From Podarcis melisellensis (taxonomy: Eukaryota): DNA of 64,000 nt. The stretch lies in NCBI GenBank assembly GCA_964234715.1, contig OZ174280.1. One strand, 5' to 3'. This document shows positions 61,301-64,000 of the stretch, piece after piece; within the stretch, counting starts at the first letter, position 1; the number at the start of each line of letters is the position of its first letter. A program made the translations under genes and the position numbers. Below the pieces are notes generated by a model, which saw only the letters and a program-made list of their open reading frames with translations, was not told the origin of the DNA and did not search any database.

Positions 61301-62699
61301 TGTGTTCAGAAGATAAGATATGTCTGTGTCTGTTCTACTGGTAGAGTCAAGGCCAGTCTTGCCGTCAAACTGATAAGGGAGAGAGCTGTGTTCTTGTTTT
61401 GCATTTGCTCAACGGCTGAAGTTTATGCATTTTAGCTAAGGAGAAATGGGGATTTTGGTGCAGTTTAAAAACTGCCTGCACAGGCAGTTTTGGGGTTTGG
61501 GAAACCCATTCCTTCATCACCAGGAGACATGGTGGTGGGGTCACCGCTAGGATTGACCAGTAGAAAGCCCCAAAGTAGGGTGTTACAGCTGAAAGTGAGC
61601 CAGCTGGGCAGGACCCACTGGATCCTGAGCCAGTTACACTGTCATCTCTAGAGTTGGTACAAGGATTTGGCCCGATCATCTCCCCATCCCAACACTTTCG
61701 ACCACGGCCATTGTAAGCCCCACCACTTTGCAATGCCTCACCCACAGGAAGTGGTGCTTTGGATGATGCCATTCCTTATTCTGGCTATTTCTTCTTGTTG
61801 CTGAACATAAACAAAATCAAAACTGAACTTGTATGTGATTCAAGTTCCAGACTCCCTCCCTCCAAATGCACACTGCACTTATTAAAAAGACAAAGGGAGC
61901 GGGATTCTCCTATGAAAACAAAAATGCATTTCTTCCTCTCTGTCCCTCCCCATTCCAATATGTTGTTGGCTTCTAAAAACTGACAGGTCTCTTTTTGCTT
62001 CCTTCAACTAGCTAAGCTCAAAATGAATTTCCAATGCTCAAATAACCTAAACAGATTTTTTGCTATCACGGCAACACCATAAGTTCCCATGGCAATGAAG
62101 GAACATTTTCGCTGTTCTAATATGCACATTCTATATATTAGGCTGGCAAGCGTGAATAAATTCCAGGACAGGAACGCCCAGGTAGCCTGCAGGTTCAGTC
62201 TACAGAAACTTGGCAAAACATTAGCTAAAGCTATTATGAGGTAGTGGACATTTTAGATAGGGAAGGAAATGGCAAGTAGTAAATTTTAGAGATCCCTGCT
62301 GGATTAGCAATATAATGCTGCCTGTTGGAGCCGTGAATGTTCCTACCTTACAAAATATGGAGAGTACATGCAAGTTTAAGGTGGCCAGCAGACTACATTG
62401 GGGGGGGGGGAATAGGAAGGGATACCTGGGATATGCATCCCTTACTTTAGAAGGTAACAGATTATGTATTTCAGTTATTCATATGCCACTCACTCACCAA
62501 AGTTTATAAATGGGGTACATAGAAATTACGAAAAGCATACTGTTGATAAAATCAATTAACATTAATCATGAAAATCTCCTTAAAATTCTGCCTGGGATAG
62601 TAAGGCATTTGTCAAGTACCTGAAGGTCAACATGACATTCAACTGGGCCTGTCTGACATTCAGCTTGTCTGACATTCAGCTTGGTCTGTCAGCCAAGAG

Positions 62700-63200
62700 G
62701 GTTTCCACAGATTCAAGCCCACAATACTGAATGCACAGCTTCTGGTGGATGTGGGGCCACGCATCTGAGCCATGGGGGACCACGTACAGAGAATCCTCTC
62801 AAGATCTCAGTGATAAGGTGTAGATATAAGGCAGTCCTTAAAGCTGGCATAGGCAAACTCGGCCCTCCAGATGTTTTGACTAGAATTCGCATCATCCCTG
62901 TCCACTGGTCCTGTTAGCTAGGAATGATGGGGGTTGTAGTCCCAAAACATCTGCAGGGCCAGTTTGCCTATACCTGCCTTAAAGTACCCTGGACCCAAGT
63001 TGTTAAAGGCCTTGTAAATCCATACAAGAACACTGAACTTGGCCTAGTGGCTTTGAAGTACTATGTGCTGGCAATAGTCTGTCCCCATCAACAATCTAGC
63101 CACAGCATTTTGCACTAGCTGGTGCTTCTGGACCAGGACCACATAAAGCACACTGCAATAATCAAATTGCGGTTACCAGCGCATGAATCACTGTGGCCAG
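62700..63200 (-). mobile_element. L2-group LINE fragment interrupted by a hAT MITE
   Basis: Minus strand VLVWIYKAFNNLGPGYFKDC reads continuously across the MITE insertion site. Confidence 0.7.
62844..62976. mobile_element. Palindromic hAT MITE
   Basis: CTGGCATAGGCAAACT...AGTTTGCCTATACCTG; perfect 8-bp TSD CCTTAAAG (62836-62843, 62977-62984). Confidence 0.9.
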
Positions 63201-63261
63201 CAGTTGGCTTTGTAGCTCCCCTCAACCTTCTGCAATCCAGGATTTTTGCCACAATCCAGTA

Positions 63262-63525
63262 CAGTGGTACCCCTGGTTAAGAACTTAATTCGTTTCGAAG
63301 GTCCGTTCGTAACCTGAAACTGTTCTTAACCTGAGGTACCACATTAGCTAATGGGGCCTCCCGCTGCTGCCGCGCCACCGCTGCACGATTTCTGTTCTCA
63401 TCCTGAGGTAAAGTTCTTAACCCCAGGTACAGCTTCCGGAGGTACAACTTCTGAGGTACAACTTAGCGGAGTCTGTAACCTGAAGTGTTTGTAACTCGAA
63501 GCGCTTGTAATCCAAGATACCACTG
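63262..63525 (+). mobile_element. Tc1/mariner MITE, copy 6 (264 bp, internal triplication)
   Basis: Same TIR family, TA on both sides; AGGTACA(A/G)CTT occurs three times at 63425-63463. Confidence 0.92.
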
Positions 63526-63849
63526 TAATTATGCTCATCATGTTCTTTGACACAGTACAAGGTATCAGGACACACATCTGCCATGGATATAGTACAGCAG
63601 CTTTCTGTGGCAAAGTATCTTTTATCAGTCTTACTTTTGTTGCCAACTTCAGGCCTGAACTGTAACTTGCATGAAATGTTTTTGAGGGCCATCCGCTGCC
63701 ATTTATTCCACTATGCTCTTTCCTAGGCCTGCACAACTTACAACGAAGCCAAATGCAGGATCGCAAGGGCCTGCTTGATCCTGAGTCAGACCATAAGTCC
63801 ATGTAGCTTGTATTGTCAAACCTAAATGTCAGATTCCGTATGAGGTTTC

Positions 63850-63950
63850 AGGCAGGGAGCATTCCCAGTTCTATCTGGAGATGCTGGGGACTGAACCGGG
63901 GACTTTCCGCAAGCAACGCAGATGCTCTGCCACTGAGCTATGGCTTCCCC
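63850..63950 (-). mobile_element. tRNA-derived SINE head
   Basis: Minus strand GGGGAAGCCATAGCTCAGTGGCAGAGCATCTGC...GTCCCCGGTTCAGTCCCCAGCATCTCCAG with A and B boxes. Confidence 0.7.
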
Positions 63951-64000
63951 ATCAATCAGGTGGCCAAGCAAAAACACATAATATTTTCATTTTGCAGTCC

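Noticed and set aside
61365-61772. 135-aa G/S-rich ORF as a host exon
   Set aside because: No recognisable homology or clear splice signals; the other frames I translated were also uninformative.
5641-63525. CRISPR-like repeat/spacer array or other prokaryotic system
   Set aside because: The repeats are dispersed TIR elements with TSDs in vertebrate DNA; there is no regular repeat-spacer periodicity and no cas-like or operon-like ORFs.

Overview
CpG-depleted vertebrate genomic DNA, almost certainly a squamate and probably a lacertid lizard (inferred from a full-length Sauria SINE, a BovB 3' fragment and a (CTT)n-tailed MIR-like SINE). I found no host protein-coding exon, rRNA, true tRNA or CRISPR array. 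The ORFs that resemble real proteins are decayed LINE fragments (CR1, L2, BovB, possibly L1); the rest look spurious. The window reads as a large intron or gene desert. It is packed with non-autonomous DNA transposons (six copies of a ~242-bp TA-flanked Tc1/mariner-pogo MITE, several hAT MITEs with 8-bp TSDs, a Harbinger-like MITE), SINEs, a solo LTR and microsatellites, with one 152-N gap. Between the repeats lie unique, motif-rich stretches that look like enhancers, plus an RE1/REST-like site and a transposon-borne CTCF motif. The most interesting signal is a pair of copies of an RTE-type 5' region (31552-32352 and 43516-43802). Their sequence maps onto the nested double pseudoknot of an HDV-like self-cleaving ribozyme, with an atypical hairpin inserted in loop L3. 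Both copies appear inactivated. All repeat family names are by-eye assignments, not database results.
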